Part shown: piece by piece, positions 36,774-47,334 of the stretch | How the letters are laid out: the number at the start of each line of letters is the position of its first letter | Position numbering within the stretch: the first letter of the stretch is position 1 | From: an uncultured Gammaproteobacteria bacterium | GTDB taxonomy: Bacteria; Patescibacteriota; Microgenomatia; Levybacterales; GWA1-39-11 | Direction of reading: 5' to 3' | Assembly: GCA_964651815.1 (NCBI GenBank) | Contig: CAZYWG010000004.1 | Coordinates: 36,977 to 100,976 of the forward strand | Length of the DNA stretch: 64,000 nt | The notes under the pieces: generated by a model | What the model was told of the DNA's origin: nothing | What the model saw: the letters and a program-made list of their open reading frames with translations, nothing else | The model's database searches: none | Translations under genes and position numbers: made by a program

Positions 36774-39700
36774 TTAATTAACTATTATCCAATTAAACTT
36801 TATATCTTGCGTTGCAGGCCTATCAATCCCAACTGTAAAAGAGAGCCCCGCCTCTTGGCGAAGAAGATATAATACCTCATTGTTGCTACTTCCGGTGGGA
36901 GTAATGTAAATCAAAGATTTATCAGTGACCTGGGAATCATAAATAGTCAGTTCTCCAGAATATTGTTTTATCGCCGCCGTGCCTGCAGACCCGGTTGCTA
37001 CAACTTCAGTATCTGAGATTGCGTAGGCCGGCGCGGCAAATGAAAGGTTCAATTTATTAAACGTTCCGGATCCAGAGGCTACAACGTTTCCGATGCTGTT
37101 TATTGCTAAAATGGCCGCATCAGACGAATTTTTTATTAAAAGGTCTGAATCGGGTAGGGGAGAGATAATATTTGTCCGGATCCTTCCTTTAACGCTTAAG
37201 TCACCCGCAATTTCTGCATTTCCGGCAACTTTAAGCGTTCCGTCAGTCTCAATTCTAACGGCACCCGCAAGGAAAGAAACGGCTCCCTGCCTTAGAGGTT
37301 CAATTTCAAGATCTTGCCCAAGCGTATCAATTGAATTGGATCCAATCATAAGTGTTGTCCCAACCCAAATCCCGTCGTTTGCTGTCACTTGACCAAAAGT
37401 TGCAGGGCCAAGACTAATTAGTCCTTGACGGAATGTGCCAAAATCTGCGTTGAAGTTTGAAACGTCAACGTAATCTATGTTTGTGATTTTTGCCTGGCCA
37501 GTCATTATATTTGCCATATCGGTAAATCCGCCTGAAGTTTGGGCAACCGTTTCATGATAGTTAGAAACATATTGACCAGAAGGCGTTGAAGTATTGGTGC
37601 TTCCCAAAATATTTTGAATACGCGAATCAAGTCCTTGAATAGAATTTGCCTGGATATTATTAGCGTAAAGCGTACCTGAGATTGTAGCGTAGGACGCATT
37701 TAAGTTATCAGCTGTGAGATTTCCTGAGAGTGTTGCATTTCGAGCCGCTAAATCACCCTGCGTGTAGACATTACCTTTGTTATCAATTGAGGCTACAGTT
37801 GCAGACTCTGTTGCATTTCTTGAGCTATGAATTTCGAGTTCCGAATTATTTAGTCCGAGAGAAATGTTTGAATCAGCAGCAAGTGGGCTTATTACATTGG
37901 TTTCAACTTGATTGGCACTTGCAAGAGGAGAAACAATATTTGAATTAGGAATTATGTCGGCGAGAGAGCCTGTTGAACTAATTGTTTGTTTTACCACTTG
38001 CTGAATGTAGTCGGAGAGAGATTGCCCGGCAATTGTTACAGAGTTAGTTGCAACTGCCAATGAATTGGTAGTTAAGCTCCCGGCGACATTCACGCTTTGG
38101 GCAATGACATTCACAAAGTTTTGAGTTGTCGCAGCGGCCGCAGCGTAAAGTTCTTGAATTGCCTTAACAACCTTCCATATTGATGGTTCTTCAACCATTA
38201 AGTAACCGTTTGATCCGGTATGAACCATTTCTGGGAATACATTCTGTACTTCTTGAGCAATAACACCTGTTAATCTATTGCCCGAGGTTTTTACAGTATA
38301 TTCTCTGATTCTAAGTTTGGATAGATCGGATAATGTGTCACCTGAATCAACTATATCTGTTTTAAGCCGTTCATCAGAAGAACATGTTACTGTTTCAGAC
38401 CCTGCTTGTGGGTTGTGGTCACAAGTTCCATCAGCATCCTGAAGCCTAAGCACATTTGTATTGGCGGCTGAGTTTATTTGGAGAGCTACTTGAGGGTCGT
38501 TTGTACCTATCCCCACATTCCCACCGGCGCCATTAACGCTTTGGATTATGAGATTACCAGATATCGAAGCAGTTACGGGTCCGGAGGAATTTACATTGAA
38601 AATTGCAAATTTGGCAGAAGACGTGGATTGGCCACCAATTACAAAGTCGGCTGTCGTATTGTTGGGGTAGAGCAGGCCGTTTGTTTGATTCCAGAATAAA
38701 TCATTTGATGAAACAGCTCCCGTGCATGTTCCCCACGAAGGATTTGATGCTCCGGAGATTAAACAAAGACCTGAGGTAGAAGTTGTTGCTTGACCAAGGT
38801 CGCCCGTGGCATAGCTTCCATAAAGCGCGCCGTTTTGGCCTGTGAAGTTTGGGAGATTAATTCCCTGTGCCGCTCGCCCGATTTTTATGGTTGTTGCATT
38901 AGATGAGCCTATTGAAAGAGTACCCGTTGAAATAGTATCAATAGATACGCCCGGTGAAAGAGAAAGGTCCCCGTTATTCTGAATCAAGAATCTTAGTGTA
39001 CCACTTGATGACGCGGCAAAAATGTCCCCGCCTGAAGTATGGTTATCAACTATAAAAGCCGCAGCGGCAGAAGTTGTTGCAATTACTGCAAATTGATCGT
39101 CAACCTCAACGGCCCCTGGGATTGACCCGGCGTTTGTTGAGTTAATAATTGGTTTTTGAAGGTCAATTCTACCAAGCCCGTCAGGCGCCACTTGTATATC
39201 TGCGTTAGTGGAGGCGTTTGTTGTCAAAATTAAGGGTTGCCCCGAAATTTTAAATTGTCCGCCCGTTGCCTGAAAGGTTGGAGAAGCCTTACCGCCTATT
39301 GTTAAATTACCGGATGAGTCAAGCGCTAAGACTACATTTGAAGTTCCGGCCGTGGTGTCTGTAATTGGACGCATCCCTTGAAGTGACTCCGAATTAGCAG
39401 CATATGCTACCGTTGCGAGTTGCTGGCGAGGAGCAAGCTCATCAGTATCTTCAACGGTTATTCCAAGAAATAGCCTAGAATTATCAGTAAACAAGTTATT
39501 TGGAATAGTGCAAGGAGTTTTCTGGACAGCGAGTGGTTGATTCAAGCAAGGCGCTCCGTCTCCTAATAACTCGTTAAAAACCCCATTTTCATCAGGAATC
39601 ACTTGGTCAACCTCTTGCCACACAAGATGTCCTGCGCCGGTTGCTGTTGTGTCGTTATAAATTGTAAACCGAATGTTTGTTGGCTGAGTTATGGCCGCAT

Positions 39701-40907
39701 CGTTTTTGTCAGTAAGCCTACCCTGAAATGAGAGTATTCTAGGTGGAGCAACAGAAGAAGCCAGCGCCTTTTGGGTTTGTGGCGCAAAAAGGCCTGTATA
39801 TATAATGTAGCCCAGGACCGAAGCATATATCATAAGAACTGCAACATGTAAATAATGAGCGACTGTATACTTATGATAGCTTAAGTACCATTTAGGTCGA
39901 GAATAACTTGCGTGATGTAATATTTGTTTGTATAGCGGAAGTCCTACAAGTGATACTGTTTGAGGCGAATATTGTTGCTTTGAATAGCTTTTAACATAGG
40001 TGGCCAATACTTTCCCTGACTTCCCACTATTTGAAGAAATTTTGTCATTCAGCTTTGATAAGTTAATCCCGTTTGCAATTTTTGTGGCTACTTTTTCTTC
40101 TAAAATTAAGTATGGTAGAAAAAGTTTCTGCAAGAGTCTGAGCGGCGGGAAAGGAGAAAATTTAATGAGATCCTCAACTGGTGTTTCTACAGATTTGATT
40201 TCTTCAAGATTTACTCCAGAATTAGCCTCAGGATTTTTGATTTCTTCAAGCGTAGGATTCACAAAGCTAGGAATATCACGTAGCGGTTCCGCCTCCTGGG
40301 AGTGAGTTGTACCTCCGCTTACAAAAGAAATGTAGCGTCTAATAGAGGAGAGCTTGCGATTGATGCTACTAGGTGATAAGCCAAGAATTGATGCTAACCT
40401 TTCTTTATATATTTCAATTGTTTGAGGATCGAGGACAGGATTATTATCTTTTCCTTTTGGGGCGCTTTCAGAAAGCCATGTTGTAAAAGCATTTATATCA
40501 ACCATGTAGTTTTTCATGGTTAAAGCAGATGCACCACTTTGATATAGATGGTTCTTAAAGTTTTTTAAGTCCCAGGGATCACTCGAAATTAATTCCCGGA
40601 CTTTGGTTTTAGATATTTCATCAAAAGGATCTGCGTCAATTAAGCTCTTGTCCTTTAAGTACTTTGTAAATTTTCTTAAAGTAGATATGTATCTTTCTGT
40701 TGACCTAGGCGAATTAGAATTGCTTTGATTTTGGAAGAGAGTAATAACCTCATCATTTATATCCTCCGCAGAAAACTCATTTTCATAGTAAGTGCTGTAC
40801 CAATTTAAAAACTTATTGATGTCTGACACATAATTCTTAGCAGTAACAGCAGATACTCGTTTCTGCGAAATTAAGAAGGATTTAAAATCATTGATAAGAT
40901 CATTCAT
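36774..40907 (-). CDS. giant membrane-anchored fibre-like surface protein with two N-terminal recombinase core-binding-like domains and a tail-fibre intramolecular-chaperone-like domain
   Basis: Residues 1-40 and ~110-150 match the phage-integrase N-terminal SAM-like pattern (LINDFKSFLISQKRVSAVTAKNYVSDINKFLNWY; LKNFKNHLYQSGASALTMKNYMVDINAFTTWL). A single TM helix lies at ~aa 345-370. About 1000 aa of Ser/Thr/Gly/Asn-rich sequence follows. A segment (SDERLKTDIV...LRIREYTVKT...GVIAQEVQNVFPEMV...AIQEL) matches the peptidase S74 / endosialidase-chaperone signature. Confidence 0.6.
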   Translation of the reverse strand: MNDLINDFKSFLISQKRVSAVTAKNYVSDINKFLNWYSTYYENEFSAEDINDEVITLFQNQSNSNSPRSTERYISTLRKFTKYLKDKSLIDADPFDEISKTKVRELISSDPWDLKNFKNHLYQSGASALTMKNYMVDINAFTTWLSESAPKGKDNNPVLDPQTIEIYKERLASILGLSPSSINRKLSSIRRYISFVSGGTTHSQEAEPLRDIPSFVNPTLEEIKNPEANSGVNLEEIKSVETPVEDLIKFSPFPPLRLLQKLFLPYLILEEKVATKIANGINLSKLNDKISSNSGKSGKVLATYVKSYSKQQYSPQTVSLVGLPLYKQILHHASYSRPKWYLSYHKYTVAHYLHVAVLMIYASVLGYIIYTGLFAPQTQKALASSVAPPRILSFQGRLTDKNDAAITQPTNIRFTIYNDTTATGAGHLVWQEVDQVIPDENGVFNELLGDGAPCLNQPLAVQKTPCTIPNNLFTDNSRLFLGITVEDTDELAPRQQLATVAYAANSESLQGMRPITDTTAGTSNVVLALDSSGNLTIGGKASPTFQATGGQFKISGQPLILTTNASTNADIQVAPDGLGRIDLQKPIINSTNAGSIPGAVEVDDQFAVIATTSAAAAFIVDNHTSGGDIFAASSSGTLRFLIQNNGDLSLSPGVSIDTISTGTLSIGSSNATTIKIGRAAQGINLPNFTGQNGALYGSYATGDLGQATTSTSGLCLISGASNPSWGTCTGAVSSNDLFWNQTNGLLYPNNTTADFVIGGQSTSSAKFAIFNVNSSGPVTASISGNLIIQSVNGAGGNVGIGTNDPQVALQINSAANTNVLRLQDADGTCDHNPQAGSETVTCSSDERLKTDIVDSGDTLSDLSKLRIREYTVKTSGNRLTGVIAQEVQNVFPEMVHTGSNGYLMVEEPSIWKVVKAIQELYAAAAATTQNFVNVIAQSVNVAGSLTTNSLAVATNSVTIAGQSLSDYIQQVVKQTISSTGSLADIIPNSNIVSPLASANQVETNVISPLAADSNISLGLNNSELEIHSSRNATESATVASIDNKGNVYTQGDLAARNATLSGNLTADNLNASYATISGTLYANNIQANSIQGLDSRIQNILGSTNTSTPSGQYVSNYHETVAQTSGGFTDMANIMTGQAKITNIDYVDVSNFNADFGTFRQGLISLGPATFGQVTANDGIWVGTTLMIGSNSIDTLGQDLEIEPLRQGAVSFLAGAVRIETDGTLKVAGNAEIAGDLSVKGRIRTNIISPLPDSDLLIKNSSDAAILAINSIGNVVASGSGTFNKLNLSFAAPAYAISDTEVVATGSAGTAAIKQYSGELTIYDSQVTDKSLIYITPTGSSNNEVLYLLRQEAGLSFTVGIDRPATQDIKFNWIIVN

Positions 40908-41824
40908 AAAAACTCGAGCCTATTTTTGTAAATATTTCTAGTTTTGTGAAAACTGAGGCTATGAAATATTTAAATAAATAATATCCCCGCAAGTAGAATT
41001 GTTATCAGGTCAGCTTTGGAATTATACTGATTATACAAGTTATTTACTGCGTGAATAAAGCTTAGCTTAATATCTCGAGCGTTGTCAATAACCCAGAGTA
41101 AAGTAGAATGGTAAATTTGATATTAATTGATACACTTATTTGGGCAAAAATGTCTTGTGAAAAGGTAAATTATAGGTATGAAAAGCTTGTGAAGCGACTA
41201 TTACCGAATTTTCACGATCTATAGAATATATAATTGTAGATTAAACTATATCATTAGGTTTGTTTTTTGATCTGATATACTTTGATACGCACAGTCAAAA
41301 TATATCTGCTAATAAGATACTATTCTGTAAAAATAGAAATACTATATATAAAACAGACTAGTATGAAGATTCTTAGACAAGACTTGCTGAGATCATCTTT
41401 ATCACTTCCACTGGGTATATGATAAACAAAATACATGATAGTTTTTACCTATGCTATCAGTCTGATTTAAATTTGGGTTTCTGTGGTGAGACGAGAGATG
41501 TTCTAATCTGTTAAGGTTAGCTTCATTTTAGATTAACGAAATAAAACCGAAAGCCATATCAAGGTTATTTACTCCAAGATGTATCAATTGACTCTCTCTC
41601 TGAGTACTTGATAAAAATTAAGATTAAGCACTAAATATAATGCAACCTGTAGTTTAAGTTCATTCCCGCAGCGCTTAAAAATTAGCTTCATAGTAATTTT
41701 AAGAAGGCTGATTTCGTATTTTTTTCGTCTTTCTTGTACGTTGAGATTACCATTATTTGAAAGAATTTATAAAAAGGGACTTTGATTGCGTAGGTATTTG
41801 TAGATAATAAAGAAGTGAAAGTGT

Positions 41825-42817
41825 TTATACTTTCTTTTTCACTTTTACATATACGCCAATAATTATGAATGAGAAGAGAGTGAAAGCAAATATGAGATAT
41901 ATCGGTAAAGAGATAAAAGACACACTTCTCTGGAAAGTGGGTCCATTTTCTGATAGCTTTACATTCAAACTCGCTGTGTATATTCCGAACAAAAACTTTT
42001 TGGGTAGAATCATAACCGGATGGTCTTGGCTAAGACTTGATTGATAGTCTAATTCTGTTTTTGATGGTAGAGCTTGTAGAGTATCAATGATGTATCTTTT
42101 AGAGTGCGCCGGTACGTATTGTGGGAGTATCTCTATAAATCCTTGATCACGGCCAAACATATCTCTTATACTAACTCTGCCGCGAGGCTGGAAGTAGTTG
42201 TCTCCGTCGTTTCCAATAAGTAGAGTAAAAGGGACCGGCCCATTTGTTACAAAAAAAGGCACGTTGAATTGAGATATGCTACCTTTGAATTGTTCCCTTT
42301 CTCCAATAGATAGTATTAGATTTGTCCCTATACCGCCCAGAGTGGTAGAAGAGGATATGGCTGAAGTGTTAGTATTTGATACAAATAGCACTGAAATGTA
42401 ATAGTCACCAGAAGCAATAGATGGATCAACATATAATCTTAGAGTCAATGATTTTGACTGGAAAGGATTGAGCTTGAGGGTGTTTAGCTCCGTTTCACCG
42501 TCATAAACTTTCAGTTTTTTGAAAATTAGGTTGTATCTGTCTTCAATTTGATTATCGGGTAAATATTCAATCTGGCCATTTGCCTTGGTCGAAAGCCTAA
42601 ATGTTTTAAAGTTTAAAGCTAAGTTTTGTGTGGTCTCACTTTTATTTTGAATTGTTACTTTAGCTTCGACGTTGGCAGGTGGTTTAGCATTTACTACAAT
42701 AATAGGTGGGGAAATACCCAGAGAAAACGTGTTACTCTCAGCGTACAATCTATGAGCAAGAACAAAAAACATAAGAAGAATTAAAGATAATATTGTTACG
42801 TTTTTTTTGGTTGTCAT
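41825..42817 (-). CDS. secreted protein with a C-terminal TM anchor and basic tail (possibly DUF916/DUF3324-like)
   Basis: Signal peptide ILSLILLMFFVLAHRLYA. A C-terminal hydrophobic helix is followed by KVKKKV. The family assignment is tentative. Confidence 0.35.
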   Translation of the reverse strand: MTTKKNVTILSLILLMFFVLAHRLYAESNTFSLGISPPIIVVNAKPPANVEAKVTIQNKSETTQNLALNFKTFRLSTKANGQIEYLPDNQIEDRYNLIFKKLKVYDGETELNTLKLNPFQSKSLTLRLYVDPSIASGDYYISVLFVSNTNTSAISSSTTLGGIGTNLILSIGEREQFKGSISQFNVPFFVTNGPVPFTLLIGNDGDNYFQPRGRVSIRDMFGRDQGFIEILPQYVPAHSKRYIIDTLQALPSKTELDYQSSLSQDHPVMILPKKFLFGIYTASLNVKLSENGPTFQRSVSFISLPIYLIFAFTLFSFIIIGVYVKVKKKV

Positions 42818-43178
42818 AAACTATAGTATAGCAAAAGACCAAATATTGGGCTAATTTAAGGTTTTCACGCATAATAACGATGCGAAATTTCTTCATAGTG
42901 CGGTAATTTTAATCCCGCGCGGGGAATAATTTTGTAAAAAGTGACCATATCAAACTGAACTTATGCTTCAATATTTTTAGGTATCGAGAAATAGCAAAGA
43001 AGAGATAAAAGTGTTAACAAATTAGAATAGTACTTTGGATTGTTAAATCAAGGTAAAGTTAAAAATGAAAGTTGAGAAGGGAAAAGTGTAAGTGGAATCT
43101 ACTCAATTAAACTCGATTTTTGCCTTAATATTAAAGTTTTATTAAATTTGAAAAATTAAGATTTAAATTAAAACGATT

Positions 43179-43931
43179 TTAAATTGAAGGTGTGGCGATA
43201 TAGATAATTGTATTTTGATATATACCAGCAGGTTGGGTGCCTGCAATGTTCAATTTATAAGTGGTTTGGGATTTTGCCTTCGCTGGCGTTTTATTGTTAC
43301 TCATAATAACTACACTTTGTTGATTTTTTGATAGATTAGAAAAGTGCTTGTAATAAGTTTGATCCGTGAAGTCAATATTACAATCAAGACTCAAAAGGTT
43401 GTCGCATCTATAGCCGAAGCCGTAAGTGAGTGGTGAAGACCAGGTTGCTGATGTAGCTTCAGTGCAATTACCCTTGTCGCAAGTTGTATCTGGAATAAAC
43501 GCTCCAGAAGGAGTTGCTTTTAGCTCGTGATCTTCGCTTGCAATAACCTGATAACCAGATTGTGAGCCTGGATCAATTGTCAGAGTGTTAGTCCTAGTGA
43601 TAGGTTCTCCTGGTTTTAATTCATCAAAATTGATGGAGTTATTTGAAATAGAGAATGAGAAAGCATTGGAATTATTTAAGTATTGAAAACCTGATTGGAG
43701 AGTGTAGTTAGTCCCTTTATAAAAACCCGGTGCACTTTGACCTGAAGTGAAAGTTATATTTGTTTGACTATTAGAAGCACGGCCAGAAAAAGAATTGAGG
43801 TTTCCCTCCTCAATTTTATAAGCACCATTAGACATTGTTTGTGCGCTGGCTGAGAAGGGTAAAATATATATAAACGCTATTAAAGATATCAGAAGTAAAC
43901 AATTGACTCGTTGCCTATCACAGTTTTTCAT
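43179..43931 (-). CDS. secreted hypothetical protein (possibly WxL-like)
   Basis: Signal peptide LLLISLIAFIYILPFSASA. The start was chosen at Met 43931 to avoid overlap with the upstream gene. It is Ser/Asn/Thr-rich. Confidence 0.35.
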   Translation of the reverse strand: MKNCDRQRVNCLLLISLIAFIYILPFSASAQTMSNGAYKIEEGNLNSFSGRASNSQTNITFTSGQSAPGFYKGTNYTLQSGFQYLNNSNAFSFSISNNSINFDELKPGEPITRTNTLTIDPGSQSGYQVIASEDHELKATPSGAFIPDTTCDKGNCTEATSATWSSPLTYGFGYRCDNLLSLDCNIDFTDQTYYKHFSNLSKNQQSVVIMSNNKTPAKAKSQTTYKLNIAGTQPAGIYQNTIIYIATPSI

Positions 43932-43932
43932 T

Positions 43933-44568
43933 CTATTGGTCCTCAGTTTTTTTACGCAGGTCTTTTGCTTTTTCAACTATGTCATCAATTTCATTCAGCG
44001 CATCTTCATTTTTTGTATGACTTTTGAGTGTTTGAGCGTCTTCAAGTATTTGTCCTGTCTTGTCTTCAACCTCAGCTTCCAATTCCTCCCGCTTTTTAAA
44101 CTCTCGGCCAAAGAAATATGAAATAGGTGCAAGGAACGCAAGCGAGCCGAGCTTGATCAGGTTTGTGGTAAGGTCACCATCTGACAGTGATGGGAAAAAG
44201 ACAACCCAGAGGCCCAAAAGTAAAATAAACACTGTAGGTGGTTCAAAAAGAAAGACGAGCCCAAAAAGAAGGAAGTATAGAAGGAAGTATAGATTTGAAC
44301 CGAGACCGCCTGTCAGGAAAATGGCAATCAAAAGAATTAATGTAACAACAAAAACCTCTTTATTTGATCCTATCAAAATCTCTTCAGCCAATTGCCCGGC
44401 TTTGATTTTTGATTTACCCATGCGCTGGCGAATTATCAGAAATATTACAGATACTATAATAAGGAAGCCCAATATCGGGATCATGTAGAACGCAAGGTCA
44501 GTTGAATTTATTAAAAGCATTGTCCCAAGAGCGAGAAGGAGAGTAATTGATTGAAACAGTAGCTTCAT
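43933..44568 (-). CDS. polytopic membrane protein with a charged coiled-coil-like C-terminal tail (hypothetical)
   Basis: 4-5 hydrophobic helices, then KKREELEAEVEDKTGQILEDAQTLK.... Confidence 0.4.
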   Translation of the reverse strand: MKLLFQSITLLLALGTMLLINSTDLAFYMIPILGFLIIVSVIFLIIRQRMGKSKIKAGQLAEEILIGSNKEVFVVTLILLIAIFLTGGLGSNLYFLLYFLLFGLVFLFEPPTVFILLLGLWVVFFPSLSDGDLTTNLIKLGSLAFLAPISYFFGREFKKREELEAEVEDKTGQILEDAQTLKSHTKNEDALNEIDDIVEKAKDLRKKTEDQ

Positions 44569-44676
44569 AGAGATAGTATATAGTATGAAGTATTAAGTAT
44601 AAAGTATTAAGTATAAAACTCACCAGGTTTAACTCGAAGGATTGAGGTTTAAACCTAGAAAAGATATAATTGGGTT

Positions 44677-47313
44677 ATGGGTAAAGCAAGTTCGGCACAA
44701 GATGGAAATCAAATTGAGAAATACATTCCTTCCAAAATCGAGAAGAAGTGGCAGGATAATTGGGAAGCCAACAGAGTCTATTCTGTAAGCCTTGACCAAA
44801 TTAAGAACCCTTTCTACGTTTTAGTTGAATTCACCTATCCGTCAGGAGACCTGCACATGGGCCATTGGTTTGCTTTCTCAATTCCTGATATGTATGCGCG
44901 GATGAAGAGAATGCAAGGATTTGATGTTTTTTTCCCCAACGGCTTTGACGCATTTGGATTGCCTGCTGAGAACGCGGCTATAAAACGGAATATTCACCCA
45001 AAAGACTGGACTTTATCAAACATACAACGAATGAAAGGTCAATTTAGGCTCATGGGCGCTTCATATAATTGGGACAATGAAGTTATTACTTGTTTGCCTG
45101 AATATTACCGCTGGAACCAATGGATATTTTTGAAAATGGCAGAAAAAGGAATAGCATATCGAGCCAAAACTCTATCAAACTGGTGTCCAAATGATCAAAC
45201 TGTATTAGCGAACGAACACGTTGAGGATGGAAAGTGTTGGCGATGCGGGGCAGTGGTAATCCAAAAAGAAGTGGAGCAGTGGTTCCTAAAAATTACGGCT
45301 TATGCGGATAGGTTGCTTTGGCCTTCCGAAGCTTCAGCGAAGGAGGGTAAATCTGAAAACGTAGATTGGCCTAAATCAGTAAAGGAAGGTCAGAATTCGT
45401 GGATTGGCAAATCGGAAGGTGCACTGATAGAATTTAAAGTTGATAATTTAGACCGTCAAATCAACCTTAAATCGGCTGAGCTCAAAGTGTTTACAACCCG
45501 TCCAGACACACTTTGGGGGGCAACTTTTGTTGTTTTAGCTCCTGAACACCCTATAGTCGATTCACTTTTGAAGGGAAAAGGTAAAATTGAAAAGGGAAAA
45601 GTTAAAAAGAACGAGACAGCAAATGATATAGAAAGTATGGATTTAGATATTGATAATCGTGAAGATATAATCTCGAGCGTTAAAAAATATGTTGAGGTGT
45701 CATCTAAGAAAACAGAACTTGAAAGGAAAGAAAATAAAGAAAAGACAGGCGTTTTTACAGGCCTATATTGTACTAATCCAGCCTCAGGTGAAAAGATCCC
45801 TGTTTGGGTAGCAGATTATGTTCTGTCTGGATACGGAACCGGAGCAATTATGGCTGTACCTGCGCATGATGAGCGAGATTTTGAATTCGCAAAAAAATAT
45901 AAATTACCTATAAAACAGGTTATTGTGCCTGATGATGAATTTGCTGAGTTCGATAAAAACGTTGACAAGTCAGGGGAGCTAAAGCAGCCATATTTAGGTG
46001 AGGGTGGAATTGTTAATTCCGGGGATGACTGGAATGATTATCATGTTCCTGCGGCACTTCCAAAGATAATTGATGATGTTGAGAAAAAAGGAATAGGAAA
46101 GCGCCAGGTCCAATACCATCTACACGACTGGTCGGTATCTCGCCAGAGATATTGGGGTACGCCAGTGCCTATGATCAATTGCGGTAACTGCGGAATCGTA
46201 CCTGTTCCAGAAAAAGATTTGCCGGTTGAGCTTCCTTATGATGTTGACTACCAACCAAAGGGACGCGCGCCGCTTGCGACAAATGAGGAATGGATGCGAG
46301 TCAAATGTCCAAAATGTGAAGGAGACGCGACTCGTGACCCTGAGACTCTTGACACGTTCTTTGACTCCTCATGGTATATGTTTAGATACCTTTCACCACA
46401 CTTTGATGGGGGTTTATTCGACCAGAATATAGAAAAAAAAGTGATGCCAGTAAATATTTACTTTGGCGGAGCGGAGCATACATTAGGACACACACTTTAT
46501 TCGCGCTTCTTCACAAAATTCTTTAAAGATACGGGTTTAACTGATCTTGAAGAATACGCTAAAAGGCGGATTCAGCACGGAATAATTTTAGGTCCTGACG
46601 GGCAGAAAATGAGCAAGTCCCACGGTAATGTTATCAATCCAGATGACCAAGTGAAACAATATGGAGCAGACGCTGTAAGAATTTATTTAGCATTCTTGGG
46701 GCCTTATGACCTTGTTGCACCCTGGAATGCCGGCGGAATAGAAGGTATCCACCGTTTCTTAAAAAGAGTTTGGGGATTATATGACAAGATCCAAGATCCC
46801 CTTTCCAAAAAACAAGAATTGACACAGGATGACTTACACGAGATGCATAGGACTATTAAAAAAGTTACGGATGATATAGAAGGTGTTAAATTAAATACAG
46901 CTATAGCTAGCCTAATGGAGTGGCTGAACCATTTATCCCGTAAAGAGTTGGTTTCAATTGAGGAATACCAAACGTTCCTGAAATTACTTGCGCCTTTTGC
47001 TCCTCATATGACTGAAGAGCTATGGGAAAGGGAATTAAAGGAATCAAGTGTCTCAGAGGTATCAGGGGGGGGCTCGATTCATATTCAAAAATGGCCTATT
47101 CTTGATGAGAAATATTTACAGCAGTCAGAATTGACAATTGCCATCCAAGTGAATGGGAAAAGAAGGGGAGAGATTAGAATTCAGAACTCAGAATCTATAG
47201 TGCAGAATTTAGTTGAAGAGAAGTCAAAAGAAGTCATTCGAACCCATTTGGAAGGCCAAGAAATACGCAAAGTTATCTACGTGCCTGGCAAGATTATAAA
47301 TTTCGTAATCTAA
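44677..47313 (+). CDS. leuS: leucyl-tRNA synthetase
   Basis: HIGH-region variant PSGDLHMGH. Also DAFGLPAEN, CWRCG and the KMSKS motif (QKMSKSHGN). A Lys-rich insertion is present. Confidence 0.9.
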   Translation: MGKASSAQDGNQIEKYIPSKIEKKWQDNWEANRVYSVSLDQIKNPFYVLVEFTYPSGDLHMGHWFAFSIPDMYARMKRMQGFDVFFPNGFDAFGLPAENAAIKRNIHPKDWTLSNIQRMKGQFRLMGASYNWDNEVITCLPEYYRWNQWIFLKMAEKGIAYRAKTLSNWCPNDQTVLANEHVEDGKCWRCGAVVIQKEVEQWFLKITAYADRLLWPSEASAKEGKSENVDWPKSVKEGQNSWIGKSEGALIEFKVDNLDRQINLKSAELKVFTTRPDTLWGATFVVLAPEHPIVDSLLKGKGKIEKGKVKKNETANDIESMDLDIDNREDIISSVKKYVEVSSKKTELERKENKEKTGVFTGLYCTNPASGEKIPVWVADYVLSGYGTGAIMAVPAHDERDFEFAKKYKLPIKQVIVPDDEFAEFDKNVDKSGELKQPYLGEGGIVNSGDDWNDYHVPAALPKIIDDVEKKGIGKRQVQYHLHDWSVSRQRYWGTPVPMINCGNCGIVPVPEKDLPVELPYDVDYQPKGRAPLATNEEWMRVKCPKCEGDATRDPETLDTFFDSSWYMFRYLSPHFDGGLFDQNIEKKVMPVNIYFGGAEHTLGHTLYSRFFTKFFKDTGLTDLEEYAKRRIQHGIILGPDGQKMSKSHGNVINPDDQVKQYGADAVRIYLAFLGPYDLVAPWNAGGIEGIHRFLKRVWGLYDKIQDPLSKKQELTQDDLHEMHRTIKKVTDDIEGVKLNTAIASLMEWLNHLSRKELVSIEEYQTFLKLLAPFAPHMTEELWERELKESSVSEVSGGGSIHIQKWPILDEKYLQQSELTIAIQVNGKRRGEIRIQNSESIVQNLVEEKSKEVIRTHLEGQEIRKVIYVPGKIINFVI

Positions 47314-47334
47314 CTGTTAACCTCAATTATCCAT

